The notes under the pieces are model-generated. The model saw nothing but the letters and a program-made list of their open reading frames with translations. It searched no databases and was not told the origin of the DNA. Of a stretch of 64,000 nt of DNA, positions 28,422 to 38,839 are shown in pieces. The stretch's first letter is position 1. Each line of letters opens with the position of its first letter. Source of the DNA: Acutalibacteraceae bacterium (GTDB lineage: Bacteria; Bacillota; Clostridia; Oscillospirales; Acutalibacteraceae); contig JBGVNA010000056.1 in the NCBI GenBank assembly GCA_045125175.1, forward strand, positions 11,339-75,338. The letters run 5' to 3'. A program made the translations under genes and the position numbers.

Positions 28422-29099
28422 ATGAGCGACAGTTTAGCACAGCTTCAAAAAAATCTGGGCTATGAGTTCAAGGATATTTCTTTGCTGAAAACCGCTCTCA
28501 CCCATTCTTCCTATGCAAACGAGAAGGGTGACGGCACGGTTTGTAACGAAAGGCTGGAATTCCTCGGGGATTCCATTCTCGGCTTTGTTTCCGCAAAGTA
28601 TTTTTATGAAAATTTTGATTACCCCGAAGGCGAGCTTACGAAGCACAGGGCGGCAAAGGTTTGCGAAAAAGCGCTTTGCACCTTTGCAAAGGAGCTTGAA
28701 ATCGGCCCTGCCCTGCTTCTCGGCAAGGGTGAAATAAGAATGGGCGGCAGCGAAAGACCCTCAATTCTTGCCGATGCTTTTGAAGCGGTGCTTGCGGCGG
28801 TGTTTCTTGACGGCGGACTTGACGAGGCGGCAAAAATTGTTCTGAGATTCATCCCCCGCCATGACGGTCTTGAGCAGGCAAAGGATTATAAAACCATTCT
28901 GCAGGAGGTTGTTCAGCGCAACCGAGAGGAGCATGTTGAATATGTGCTCACCGATTCCAGCGGCCCCGACCATGCAAAGGTTTTCACCGTTGAGGTTCAT
29001 CTCAACAGCAACGTGATAGGCAAGGGCACGGGCAAGAGCAAAAAGCTTGCAGAGCAGCAGGCGGCAAAGGAAGCCCTTGCGCTTATGGGAATAAAATGA
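28422..29099 (+). CDS. rnc: Ribonuclease III
   Basis: NERLEFLGDS signature and a C-terminal dsRBD. Confidence 0.97.
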   Translation: MSDSLAQLQKNLGYEFKDISLLKTALTHSSYANEKGDGTVCNERLEFLGDSILGFVSAKYFYENFDYPEGELTKHRAAKVCEKALCTFAKELEIGPALLLGKGEIRMGGSERPSILADAFEAVLAAVFLDGGLDEAAKIVLRFIPRHDGLEQAKDYKTILQEVVQRNREEHVEYVLTDSSGPDHAKVFTVEVHLNSNVIGKGTGKSKKLAEQQAAKEALALMGIK

Positions 29100-30097
29100 A
29101 GCATATAAATGTTGCACTTTTTGTTGTGCATAAGGGCTGCCCGCATATGTGCTCTTTCTGCAATCAGCGGAGCATTTCGGGAAGCCAAAAGGATATAACC
29201 GCTGCCGACGTGCATGAAGCGGCGCAGACCGCAATCGCAAGCCTTTCCGAAAGTCAGGCGGCGGGCGGAGAAATCGCCTTTTTCGGCGGCAGCTTCACAA
29301 TGGTTGAGCATGATTATATGCTTTCGCTTCTTGAAGCGGCGTATACATATGTTCAGAAAGGAATATTCAAGGGCATAAGAATTTCCACAAGACCCGACGG
29401 AATAAGCAGAGAAATCTGCGAAATTCTGAAAAAATACGGCGTAACCGCCGTTGAGCTCGGTGCGCAGAGCCTTGATGACAGGGTGCTTCAGCTTAACGAA
29501 AGAGGACACACCGCAAAGCAGGTTGAGGATGCCTGCAAATTGCTGAAAGAATACGGCTTTGAGCTTGGTCTGCAGATGATGACGGGTCTTTACGGCTCCG
29601 AGGATGCGGACAGCATTGAAACAGCCGAAAAAATCGTTGCTCTTGCTCCCGAAACGGTCAGGATTTATCCCACGGTTGTCATAAAAGGAACAAAGCTTTA
29701 TGAGCTTATGCAAAGCGGCGAATTCATTCCCAAGGGCATACCTGAAACGGCGGATTTGTGCGCAAGGCTTATCCCGATGTTTGAGGATGCGGGCATAAAG
29801 GTTATCAGAGTCGGTCTGCACTCAGGCGGCGGAGTTGAAGAGAGCTATGCAGGCGGAGCTTATCACCCTGCGCTGCGTGAGCTTTGCGAGGGCAGAATTT
29901 ATTATAACCGTGCGCTTTCCGGGCTTGAAAAACACGGTAAAGGCAAATATATACTTGGAGTTTCTTCAAAAGAAATTTCAAAAATGACAGGGCAGAAGAA
30001 AGAAAATCTTATAAAACTTCGTGAAAAGGGATATGAATGTGCCGTGAAAGGCATTGAAGGTCTGTCAAAATACGAGGTTGAAATACATAAAGGTTAG
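29096..30097 (+). CDS. Radical SAM protein (Elp3-like, rnc-smc linked)
   Basis: CPHMCSFC (CxxxCxxC), FFGGSFT, STRPD, ELGAQS. Confidence 0.88.
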   Translation: MKHINVALFVVHKGCPHMCSFCNQRSISGSQKDITAADVHEAAQTAIASLSESQAAGGEIAFFGGSFTMVEHDYMLSLLEAAYTYVQKGIFKGIRISTRPDGISREICEILKKYGVTAVELGAQSLDDRVLQLNERGHTAKQVEDACKLLKEYGFELGLQMMTGLYGSEDADSIETAEKIVALAPETVRIYPTVVIKGTKLYELMQSGEFIPKGIPETADLCARLIPMFEDAGIKVIRVGLHSGGGVEESYAGGAYHPALRELCEGRIYYNRALSGLEKHGKGKYILGVSSKEISKMTGQKKENLIKLREKGYECAVKGIEGLSKYEVEIHKG

Positions 30098-30105
30098 GTA
30101 TTCAG

Positions 30106-33100
30106 ATGATATTAAAATCGCTTGAAATGCAGGGCTTCAAATCCTTCCCCGATAAGACGGTTCTTGAATTCGGGAAAGGCATAACCGCGGTTGTCGGCCC
30201 CAACGGCTCGGGAAAGAGTAATATTTCCGATGCCGTGCGCTGGGTATTGGGTGAGCAGTCAACCAAAACCCTCCGAGGCGCAAAGATGGAGGATGTTATT
30301 TTCGGCGGCACAAGCCAGAGAAAGGCTCTGGGCTATGCCGAGGTTACTCTGCGCCTTGATAATACGGACAGGGGTCTGAATAACGATAAGGACGACGTTG
30401 CCGTTACACGCCGTTATTACCGCTCGGGCGAGAGCGAATATAAAATCAACGGCGAGGTATGCCGCCTGAGAGATATCCATGAGCTTTTCATGGATACGGG
30501 CCTCGGCAGAGACGGCTATTCAATGGTCGGTCAGGGCAGAATTGCCGACCTTGTTTCCGCGCGCTCAACTCAGCGAAGAGATATGCTTGAAGAGGCGGCG
30601 GGAATTTCGCATTTCCGTTACAGAAGAGCCGATGCCAACCGCAGGCTTGACCAGGCGGAGGAAAACCTTGTCAGACTCCGTGATATCCTTGCGGAGCTTG
30701 AGGGCAGAATAGGCCCCCTTAAAATTCAGAGCGAAAAAGCAATGAAATTCCTTGCACTTGCCGATGAAAAGAAAACTCTTGAAATCGGCTTGTGGCTTCA
30801 CACAATAGAAAAATCCAAAAACGGTCTGCGTGAGCAGGAGCATAAGCTCTCAGTTGCCGCTTCGCAGTATGAGCAGACGGAAAACGAGCTTGTCGATATC
30901 ATCGCTCAGATTGAGCAGGCAATCAGCGAGGGTCAGGCAATGACCCTTGAAATTGAGCGTCTGCGCCAAAGTATTTCGGACAGCGAGGAGGAAGCCGCTG
31001 TTATTGACGGTAAAATTGCCGTTGAGAAAAATACGATTGAGCATAATGAGCAGACCATTGAGCGAATTGTCAACGATATGGGCGACAGCGAAAGCTCCAA
31101 GGCGGAGATTGACGCCCAGATTGAGCAGGCTCAGCAGGATACGGCAGAAAAAGAGGCTGTTGTTGCCGAGAAAAAAGAGGCTCTTGAAGCGGAAATCAAA
31201 AAGCTTGGCGAATTGCTCGGTCAGAACAGCGAAAACAGCGAAAAAGCCAAGGAAATAAACGATAAAATAACTGCAGCAGCTCTCAGGCTTGCTGATATGC
31301 GTGTTGAAAAATCAACCGCCGAATCCGCACGCCGCGAGCTGAATGCACGAATTCAGAACATAGATGAAGTTATCGAAACAAGGGGCGGAGTCATAACCTC
31401 CCTTGAAAAAGAAAAGGCAGCCGCTCAGCTTGAGCTTGACCGCCTTAACGCCGTTGCCGCCGAGCATGAAAATTCGCTTGAAGGCTACAGAATGATTATC
31501 GGCACAAGAGCCGAAAAGGTTGAAAGACTCCGCAAAGAGCTTGACAACATAAATCTTGACATCTATCAGAAGAATGCAAGAATAAAAATGCTCGATGACC
31601 TTGAAAAGAACCTTGACGGCTATGCAGGCAGTGTTCAGAAGGTCATAAAAGAAGCGAAAAGAGGCGCGCTGAGAGGAATTCACGGCACTCTTTCTCAGCT
31701 TATAACAGCCCCCGCAGAATATGCCGTTGCGATTGAAACGGCTCTCGGTGCGGCAATTCAGAATATCGTTACCGATAACGAAAACACAGCAAAGCTTGCC
31801 ATCAATTTCCTTAAGGAAAACAGGGCAGGCCGAGCAACCTTCCTGCCGCTTACCTCGGTTAAATCAAGACCTTTCACAGAAAAGGGACTTGAAGGCTGCG
31901 AAGGCTTTGTGGATATGGCGGATAAGCTGCTGGAATTCAACAATAAATATGCCGAAATCATCGGCTCGCTTCTCGGCAGAACAGCCGTTGTTGATAATAT
32001 CGATAACGGTATTGCAATGGCGAAGAAGTATTCATACAGATTCAAGATTGTTACCCTTGACGGTCAGGTGCTCAACGCAGGCGGCTCAATGACAGGCGGC
32101 TCAAGAGGCTCTGGCTCGGGCTTCCTGAGCAGAACAACCGAAATCGAAAGCCTTAAGGAAAAGGTTGCCGCTCTTGAAAATCAGCTTTCGGAGAGGCAGG
32201 ATGTGTTCAAAACATATTCGGAGGAGCTTGCACTTGTTCAGGCAGAGCTTGATGCAAGCGAAGCCGAGCTTATCAAGGCGCAGGAGGATATAATCCGTGC
32301 CGAAAGCGCACTCAACCTTATCAAGGACAGATATTCCGCTGCAAAGGGTCATATTGATGAGCTTGAAGCGGAAAAAGAGAGAGCAAAGGCAAGGATTGCC
32401 GAGTCCGAAATGGCTGAAAAGAAGGCAGATGAAGAAATTGCTGCCGTTACCGCTGAGAGCGAAAAGCTCAATGCAGAGCTTGACGAGCTTAATTCGGAGC
32501 GTGAATCTCTTGATAAGCTCCGTGAGCAGTCAACCGAAATTCAGAATGCGCTCAACCTTGAAATTGTTGAGCTTCGCAAGGATATTGAGGCAAATAACGA
32601 AACGGTTGCAAGCTGCATGGAAAGAAAAGAAAGCTTCAGCCGCCGTGCGGATAAGCTGAATGAAGAAATTGCAGAAATCAAACAGCAGAATGAAAATATT
32701 CTTGCAGGCATTGCCGAGCTTGAGGCTCAGGCGGCTTCTCTGCGTGAAAATTCCGTAAAGACCCGTGAAAAGATTGATGAGCTTACGGAAAAGAGAACGC
32801 AGGGCGAAGCAAGAAGCACTTCATTGCGTGCAAAAGAGCGTGAAATGACCTCCGAGCGTGAAAAGCTCGGCGGCGAGCTTGCAAGGCTTGAAGAGCGCAG
32901 GGATGCAATGCAGAGAGAGCTTGAAACCGCTCAGAACAAGCTCTATGACGAATATCAGCTTTCGCTGCGTGAGGCAGCCGAAATGAATATCGTGCTTGAC
33001 GATATTCCCAAGGCTCAGCGTACCTTGCAGGAAATCAAAAATAAAATCAGAGCACTCGGCAGCGTAAATGTCGGTGCTGTTGAGGAATATAAAGAAGTAT

Positions 33101-33675
33101 CCGAGCGCTATGAATATATGAGCACTCAGATTGGTGACATCGAAAAGGCGAGGGAAGAGCTTATAAAGCTTATTGAAGAGCTTACGGGCAAAATGGCGGA
33201 GCGCTTCAGAGAGCAGTTCAGACGCATCAACAACCACTTCGGCGAAACCTTCAAGGATTTGTTTGACGGAGGTAAAGCCGAGCTTGTGCTTGAAGACCCG
33301 CAGGATGTTCTTGAATGCGCCATCAATATCAGAGTCCAGCCCCCCGGCAAGAACGTTCAGAATATCGACCTGCTTTCGGGCGGTGAAAAGGGTCTTGCGG
33401 CTATTGCGCTTCTTTTTGCTATTCTTAAGGTTACTCCCGCTCCGTTCTGCATCTTCGACGAGGTTGAAGCTGCGCTTGACGATGTTAACGTCAGCCGTTA
33501 CGCCTCTTATGTAAGAGAAATGACGGGCAGCACCCAGTTCATTCTTATCACTCACAGACGAGGAACAATGGATGAGGCGGATATGCTCTACGGCGTAACC
33601 ATGCAGGAAAAGGGCGTTTCAAAGCTCCTTGAGCTTAAGACAGCCGAAATGGCAAAGAAACTCGGTCTGGAGTAA
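30106..33675 (+). CDS. smc: Chromosome segregation protein SMC
   Basis: GPNGSGKSN Walker A, coiled coils, hinge GGSMTGGS, LSGGE, DEVEAALD. Confidence 0.98.
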   Translation: MILKSLEMQGFKSFPDKTVLEFGKGITAVVGPNGSGKSNISDAVRWVLGEQSTKTLRGAKMEDVIFGGTSQRKALGYAEVTLRLDNTDRGLNNDKDDVAVTRRYYRSGESEYKINGEVCRLRDIHELFMDTGLGRDGYSMVGQGRIADLVSARSTQRRDMLEEAAGISHFRYRRADANRRLDQAEENLVRLRDILAELEGRIGPLKIQSEKAMKFLALADEKKTLEIGLWLHTIEKSKNGLREQEHKLSVAASQYEQTENELVDIIAQIEQAISEGQAMTLEIERLRQSISDSEEEAAVIDGKIAVEKNTIEHNEQTIERIVNDMGDSESSKAEIDAQIEQAQQDTAEKEAVVAEKKEALEAEIKKLGELLGQNSENSEKAKEINDKITAAALRLADMRVEKSTAESARRELNARIQNIDEVIETRGGVITSLEKEKAAAQLELDRLNAVAAEHENSLEGYRMIIGTRAEKVERLRKELDNINLDIYQKNARIKMLDDLEKNLDGYAGSVQKVIKEAKRGALRGIHGTLSQLITAPAEYAVAIETALGAAIQNIVTDNENTAKLAINFLKENRAGRATFLPLTSVKSRPFTEKGLEGCEGFVDMADKLLEFNNKYAEIIGSLLGRTAVVDNIDNGIAMAKKYSYRFKIVTLDGQVLNAGGSMTGGSRGSGSGFLSRTTEIESLKEKVAALENQLSERQDVFKTYSEELALVQAELDASEAELIKAQEDIIRAESALNLIKDRYSAAKGHIDELEAEKERAKARIAESEMAEKKADEEIAAVTAESEKLNAELDELNSERESLDKLREQSTEIQNALNLEIVELRKDIEANNETVASCMERKESFSRRADKLNEEIAEIKQQNENILAGIAELEAQAASLRENSVKTREKIDELTEKRTQGEARSTSLRAKEREMTSEREKLGGELARLEERRDAMQRELETAQNKLYDEYQLSLREAAEMNIVLDDIPKAQRTLQEIKNKIRALGSVNVGAVEEYKEVSERYEYMSTQIGDIEKAREELIKLIEELTGKMAERFREQFRRINNHFGETFKDLFDGGKAELVLEDPQDVLECAINIRVQPPGKNVQNIDLLSGGEKGLAAIALLFAILKVTPAPFCIFDEVEAALDDVNVSRYASYVREMTGSTQFILITHRRGTMDEADMLYGVTMQEKGVSKLLELKTAEMAKKLGLE

Positions 33676-33726
33676 TTTTTGCCGTACAATGTTACAAATA
33701 TGCCTGATTTAGAGGTATTATGTATC

Positions 33727-33755
33727 TTGATTAAATATTTTTGTTATGATATAAT
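33727..33755 (+). promoter_or_regulatory. Sigma-A promoter of the aminotransferase-aldolase pair
   Basis: TTGATT-17-TATAAT with a TG extension. Confidence 0.65.
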
Positions 33756-33791
33756 TTAAGTGTAAATATTTTCTAAGGGAGGATTTTAGAA

Positions 33792-35270
33792 ATGTCAAAC
33801 CACGGTATTATCAATTACCCCGATGCGAAAGCTGTGCAGAAGCAGCTTGATGAGCTCATCAAAAAGCCTATCTATTCAATCAGCCCCGAAGCTCTTAAGG
33901 CTTATGAAGAAAACTACTTTGACAAGAAGTGCGCAAAGTCAAAGGTTATGATTGAAGAAGCAAAGCAGATTATCCCCGGCGGCGTTCAGCATAATCTTGC
34001 TTTCAACTATCCGTTCCCCCTTGTTTTCACAAAGGCAGAGGGCGCATATCTTTATGATATCGACGGCAACAAATACTATGACTTCCTTCAGGCAGGCGGC
34101 CCCACAGTTCTGGGCAGCAATCCTCCCGCAGTTCGTGAAAAGGTTATTGAGCTTCTCAATACCTGCGGACCCTCAACAGGTCTTTTCCACGAATATGAGT
34201 ATAAACTCGGCAAGAAGATTTCCGAGCTTATCCCCAATGTTGATATGTTCCGTATGCTCGGTTCAGGCACAGAAGCTTGTATGACAGCTATCCGTGTTGC
34301 CCGTCTTGCAACAGGCAAGAAGAAGATTCTTAAGATGGGCGGCGCATACCACGGCTGGTCAGATCAGCTCGGCTACGGCATCCGTGTTCCCGGCTCAAAG
34401 TTCACTCAGGCAACAGGTGTTCCCCTGTTCTGCTTCAGAGATACAGAAGAATTCTTCCCCGGCGACCTCAATGACCTTGAAAGAAAGCTCAAGGCAAACA
34501 GACTCAAGGGCGGCACAGCAGCTGTTATGCTTGAGCCCGTTGGTCCCGAAAGCGGTACAAGACCCGTTGACAAGAACTTCTGCAAGGGCGTTGAGCAGCT
34601 TTGCCGCAAGTACGGCGCACTCCTCATCTTTGATGAAGTTGTTACAGCATTCCGCGTAAGCATGAGCGGTGCTCAGGGCTACTTCGGCTGTTCACCCGAC
34701 CTCACCGTATTCGGTAAGGTTATGGCAGGCGGATATCCCGGCGCAGGCGGCCTCGGCGGTAAGAAAGAATACATGAAGTATCTCGGCGCAGGCCTTGACG
34801 ACACAGGCAAGAAGATCAAGAAGGCATTCTGCGGCGGCACAATGTCAGCTAACCCCCTCAGCTGTATCGCAGGTTACACAATGCTTGAGGAAATGGAAAA
34901 GGCAGACGCTTGCTATAAGGCAGCTCTTATGGGTGACAGACTCACAGCAGGTCTTCAGGAAATCATCAAGAAGCGTAACCTTCCCTTCGTTGCATTCAAC
35001 CAGGGTTCAATCTGCCATCTTGAAACAGTAGGTACTCTTAACTTCTCAATCAACTGGAAGAAGCCTTGGGGTATCCCCGGCGTTCTCAGCGCAACATCTG
35101 CACGTAAGAAGGAAATGACCCACATGGGTGCCGCTTACATGGCAGAGGGTCTTGTAACTCTCGCAGGCAGCCGTCTTTACACAAGTGCAGCATACACCGA
35201 AGAAATGATTGACGATGCAGTTGCAAGATTTGACAGAGTATTCGAGAATATCGTTTGCCTCGAAAAATAA
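33792..35270 (+). CDS. Class III PLP-dependent aminotransferase (GSA-aminomutase-like)
   Basis: GAYLYDIDGN, SGTEA, YHGWSD, FDEVVTAFR, TVFGK (PLP lysine). Confidence 0.88.
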   Translation: MSNHGIINYPDAKAVQKQLDELIKKPIYSISPEALKAYEENYFDKKCAKSKVMIEEAKQIIPGGVQHNLAFNYPFPLVFTKAEGAYLYDIDGNKYYDFLQAGGPTVLGSNPPAVREKVIELLNTCGPSTGLFHEYEYKLGKKISELIPNVDMFRMLGSGTEACMTAIRVARLATGKKKILKMGGAYHGWSDQLGYGIRVPGSKFTQATGVPLFCFRDTEEFFPGDLNDLERKLKANRLKGGTAAVMLEPVGPESGTRPVDKNFCKGVEQLCRKYGALLIFDEVVTAFRVSMSGAQGYFGCSPDLTVFGKVMAGGYPGAGGLGGKKEYMKYLGAGLDDTGKKIKKAFCGGTMSANPLSCIAGYTMLEEMEKADACYKAALMGDRLTAGLQEIIKKRNLPFVAFNQGSICHLETVGTLNFSINWKKPWGIPGVLSATSARKKEMTHMGAAYMAEGLVTLAGSRLYTSAAYTEEMIDDAVARFDRVFENIVCLEK

Positions 35271-35388
35271 TTGTGGTAAATGCGCCGAGTGGTATTTCTC
35301 GTCAATTATCCGAAAAATAATTAAAACCATAGCGGCGGGATGAAAGCATCCCGCCCTGCTGTTATATAAATCCGAAAGGAATGGTATC

Positions 35389-36585
35389 ATGGACGTTTTA
35401 ACTGCTAAAAAGCTTGTTATAGAAGCAGGCGAAAGACTTGTTGAAACAGGTCTTATCGCAAGAACATGGGGCAACGTAAGCTGCCGTGTTGACGATAAAA
35501 CTTTCGTTATCACTCCCAGCGGCAAGCCCTATATCGGCCTTACCCCCGATGATATTGTTGAGGTTGCAATCGAAACCCTTGAATGGGGCGGCGATGTTAA
35601 GCCTTCATCGGAAAAAGGAATCCATGCAGAAGTTTATAAAGCTTATCCCGACGCAGGCTTTGTTATCCACACCCATCAGAAGGTTGCTTCCGCAATCAGT
35701 GCGCTTTCAAACGGAATTGAGAAGGTGGCAGGCGAGGCTGCAAGCCTTATCGGCAACGTTATCCATCTCGGCGGCTACGGTCTCCCCGGCACAAAGAAGC
35801 TCAGAAAGGGTGTAACAAAGGCTCTTCACCTCAGCCCCTCAAAGGCTGTCATTATGGCTCATCACGGTGCTCTTTGCTTCGGCAAGGACAGCGAAGAGGC
35901 TTTCCAGGTTGCAAATTCGCTTGAAAAGGTTTGCGCAGATTATATTCTTTCATCAGCAAAAGAAAAGCTCGGTTTAAAATCGGACAATCTTGTTGATTTT
36001 TGTACTGAAATGGCTGATAAGCTTACAAAATCTAAAAAAACTGTTGAAATTGATAATTCTTTGCTGTATAATAGCAAGTGCAATCGGGAAAGCGGAGAAA
36101 TCGTTTTCATCAATAAGGAAGACGGCTCCGAAATTTCAATGAGTCTTAACGGCAGTGCAGGCATCGGTGCTCTTGAAGAGATTGCAAAAGCTCACAGAGA
36201 TATTTATCTTGCCTGTCCGTCGTTCAACAATATTATACATAACACTTCAAGCGAGGTTGCAGCCGTTTCAAGGCTCGGCAAAACTATGAAGCCTCTGCTT
36301 GATGACTTTGCTCAGATATGCGGCCCCACTGTTAAGTGCGCTTCGCTTGAAAAATGCGCTAAAGCAATAAAGGGCAAGAACGCTGTGCTTATCAAGGATA
36401 AGGGCGCTCTCTGCTGCGGCTCCAATGAGGGCGATGCACAGGCGGTTGACATGATTATGAGCAAAAGCAGCCTTACCCTGCTCACCGCAAAGGTTTTCGG
36501 CAAGGAAAAGGCAATCAACCCCGTTGAAGCCTGGCTTATGAGAATTGTTTATACTCTCAAATATTCCAAGCAGGCGGAGAAATAA
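35389..36585 (+). CDS. Class II aldolase/adducin family protein, two domains
   Basis: Domain 1 has GNVS, TPSG, PSSE, HTH and HHG; domain 2 is degenerate. Confidence 0.85.
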   Translation: MDVLTAKKLVIEAGERLVETGLIARTWGNVSCRVDDKTFVITPSGKPYIGLTPDDIVEVAIETLEWGGDVKPSSEKGIHAEVYKAYPDAGFVIHTHQKVASAISALSNGIEKVAGEAASLIGNVIHLGGYGLPGTKKLRKGVTKALHLSPSKAVIMAHHGALCFGKDSEEAFQVANSLEKVCADYILSSAKEKLGLKSDNLVDFCTEMADKLTKSKKTVEIDNSLLYNSKCNRESGEIVFINKEDGSEISMSLNGSAGIGALEEIAKAHRDIYLACPSFNNIIHNTSSEVAAVSRLGKTMKPLLDDFAQICGPTVKCASLEKCAKAIKGKNAVLIKDKGALCCGSNEGDAQAVDMIMSKSSLTLLTAKVFGKEKAINPVEAWLMRIVYTLKYSKQAEK

Positions 36586-36636
36586 TTAATTTAACCACTA
36601 CCATCTTTTGTCCCCCCCGTTTTATACGAGAAAAAT

Positions 36637-36709
36637 CCGAGGCTTAAATGGCCTCGGCTTTTTCTTTCTCATCAGTCATATAAAAAGGAGCTGTGAAAAC
36701 AGCTCCTTT
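36637..36709. terminator. Two terminator hairpins between convergent genes
   Basis: CCGAGGC/GCCTCGG plus T-run; AAAGGAGCTGT/ACAGCTCCTTT. Confidence 0.7.
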
Positions 36710-36716
36710 AAAATTA

Positions 36717-37601
36717 TCAGAATGTTTTAACAAGCTCTTTAAGATAAGCCTTGAAATCCTCGCCGATTTCATCGTGGTTGAGAGCAACCTCGCAGTTTGC
36801 TTTCATAATGCCGAGCTTGTTGCCCATGTCGTAACGCTTGCCGTCAAAATCATAAGCAATAAGCTTGCCTGCCTGACCGAGCTCGGTGAAAACATCTGTA
36901 AGATAGAATTCCTTGCCCTCGGGAGTTGCGGCAAGACCTTTTTCAATCAGCTCAAAGGTTTCGGGCGGCATAACGATTCTGCCGAGAATAGCAAAGAGTG
37001 AAAGAATCTGGTCGGGGGTGGGTTTTTCAATTATCTTGCTGCAGTTCATTGCTCTTGTTTCGCCCTCAATGGGTGAAACATCAAGTGTGCAGTAAAGTCT
37101 GATGAGCTCTTCGGGAACTTCCTTAACGCCGACAACGCCCTTGCCGTATTTTTCGTAGCAACGGGCAAGCTGAGCCGTAACGGGGTCATCCGAAACGATA
37201 ACGTCATCACCGTAGAGAACAGCAAAGGGTTCGTCGCCTACGAATGATTTGCCGCAGAGAAGCGCATGGGCAAGCCCCTTTGTTTCCTTCTGACGGATAA
37301 AATATATGTTGGCAAGGTTTGCAACCGCTTTAACGTCCTCATAGAGCTTTTCTTTTGAGGGAACGCCCTTAAGACCGGCTTCAAGCTCAAAGGAATGGTC
37401 AAAATGGTCCTCAATTGCGCCCTTGCCTCTGTTTGTAATGATAAGGATATCTTCAATGCCCGCTGCAACCGCTTCTTCAACAATATACTGAATAGCAGGC
37501 TTGTCAACTATGTTGAGCATCTCCTTGGGGACTGATTTTGAAGCAGGGAGAACTCTTGTGCCGAGACCTGCTGCGGGAATTATGGCTTTTCTGACTTTCA
37601 T
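36717..37601 (-). CDS. galU: UTP--glucose-1-phosphate uridylyltransferase
   Basis: KAIIPAAGLGTR, PKEML, IEDHFD, GLAHA, RYDMG. Confidence 0.93.
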   Translation of the reverse strand: MKVRKAIIPAAGLGTRVLPASKSVPKEMLNIVDKPAIQYIVEEAVAAGIEDILIITNRGKGAIEDHFDHSFELEAGLKGVPSKEKLYEDVKAVANLANIYFIRQKETKGLAHALLCGKSFVGDEPFAVLYGDDVIVSDDPVTAQLARCYEKYGKGVVGVKEVPEELIRLYCTLDVSPIEGETRAMNCSKIIEKPTPDQILSLFAILGRIVMPPETFELIEKGLAATPEGKEFYLTDVFTELGQAGKLIAYDFDGKRYDMGNKLGIMKANCEVALNHDEIGEDFKAYLKELVKTF

Positions 37602-37616
37602 GATTGTTCCTCCAAA

Positions 37617-38681
37617 TCAAATTATATTTTTTATCATGTCTGCAGCGTAGACCAGAACGCTGATGAGGATGTTTTCTCCCAAAAGGCTTGCCGTGAAAGC
37701 GAGGGCAGAAAGCCCGCCTTTGCTTGCTATGGTCATTTTCTGCAGGGGAATATCCCGGATTTCTTCTTTTATGATTTTTAAATTCGAAAGAATTTTTTTG
37801 TAATAAAGCTTATCGGCGGCGAGAGCGCAGATAAGGCGCAGAACCGCTGTCACCGCAGCAGTAATGAGCATCGGTTTTTTTACCTTTGCGTAAAATTCGT
37901 CCATCATGCGCAACGCTTCATTTTCAAATGCCGCAAGCTCTTCTTCGGTTGCGTTTTCAACATCAAAAGCGTAAATTGCGTCTGTGTATCCCGTGGCGGC
38001 TTCGTATATTACATTTGAATAGCCTGAGAGAAGCATTGATGCTGTTACAAAAACAACAAGCAGAAATGCGCCTGCTTTATAGAGCTTTCTGTAAAAGAAC
38101 CAGTATGGTGCGAAAAAGAACGCCGCCCAGTTGAACGAAAGCTTTTTGCCGTTTTCGAATTTTTTGAACTTCTTAATATAGCGGCCTGCACTTGCTCTGA
38201 CATAAAGTGCGAGGTCTTCGGCAGTGTTTTCGCCGATTTTTTCATCGGAGGGAATATCTGTGCCGACAACGTGTGGCGGATAATAAAATGCGCCTTGATG
38301 AGCTGCCGTGAGAGGTGCGCCGCACTGATTGCAATGGAGCGCATCGTCTGCGTTTTCCTTACCGCAGAAGCGGCATTTTTTTGAGCCTTCCTCCTGTTTG
38401 CCGAAAAGCCCTCCGCAGTTGCCGCAGTGAAGAGCGTCTTTCGGATTTTCACTTTTGCATATGGGGCAGATTTTTGTATCCGTATCTTCTTGGGGTGCGG
38501 ATTTTTTTGCGCTTTCTTCCCATACGAAGCCCGAAGCATGGAGGTCGTCATTTGCGCATCTTCCGTTTTCCATCCAGCAATCTCTGTGCTGCGGCGTTGC
38601 ACACACGGGGCAAACAACGATATCCTCACCCTCCCTGAGCGGTTTTTCGCAGTAAGGGCAGGTCTGATTTTCATAATTCAC
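37617..38681 (-). CDS. Membrane protein with a prokaryotic RING-like finger, zinc ribbons and a DUF2628-like domain
   Basis: CPYC...CPVCATPQHRDCW...C; two CxxC...CxxCG ribbons; SFNWAAFFFAPYWFFYRKLY; GTG start with AAAGGAG RBS. Confidence 0.75.
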   Translation of the reverse strand: MNYENQTCPYCEKPLREGEDIVVCPVCATPQHRDCWMENGRCANDDLHASGFVWEESAKKSAPQEDTDTKICPICKSENPKDALHCGNCGGLFGKQEEGSKKCRFCGKENADDALHCNQCGAPLTAAHQGAFYYPPHVVGTDIPSDEKIGENTAEDLALYVRASAGRYIKKFKKFENGKKLSFNWAAFFFAPYWFFYRKLYKAGAFLLVVFVTASMLLSGYSNVIYEAATGYTDAIYAFDVENATEEELAAFENEALRMMDEFYAKVKKPMLITAAVTAVLRLICALAADKLYYKKILSNLKIIKEEIRDIPLQKMTIASKGGLSALAFTASLLGENILISVLVYAADMIKNII

Positions 38682-38839
38682 GGGCTGTCACTCCTTTACT
38701 CCATAATAACACATCATATATTTTACCTAAATATTAGAGAAATTTCAATTATTAATTAAAAAATAATTGCATCTTCTTTACATTCCTGGCTTTTTTCGCT
38801 ATAATATAAAATGAAATATTACGCATCAGGAGAAATTTT

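Noticed and set aside
23169-33555. Long antisense ORFs (23169-24053, 28997-29821, 32821-33555 and similar elsewhere)
   Set aside because: Shadows of conserved housekeeping genes, with no RBS or recognisable motifs
30106-33675. SMC as part of a Wadjet-type defence system
   Set aside because: Canonical hinge-containing SMC in the usual rnc-smc context, with no jetA/B/D neighbours
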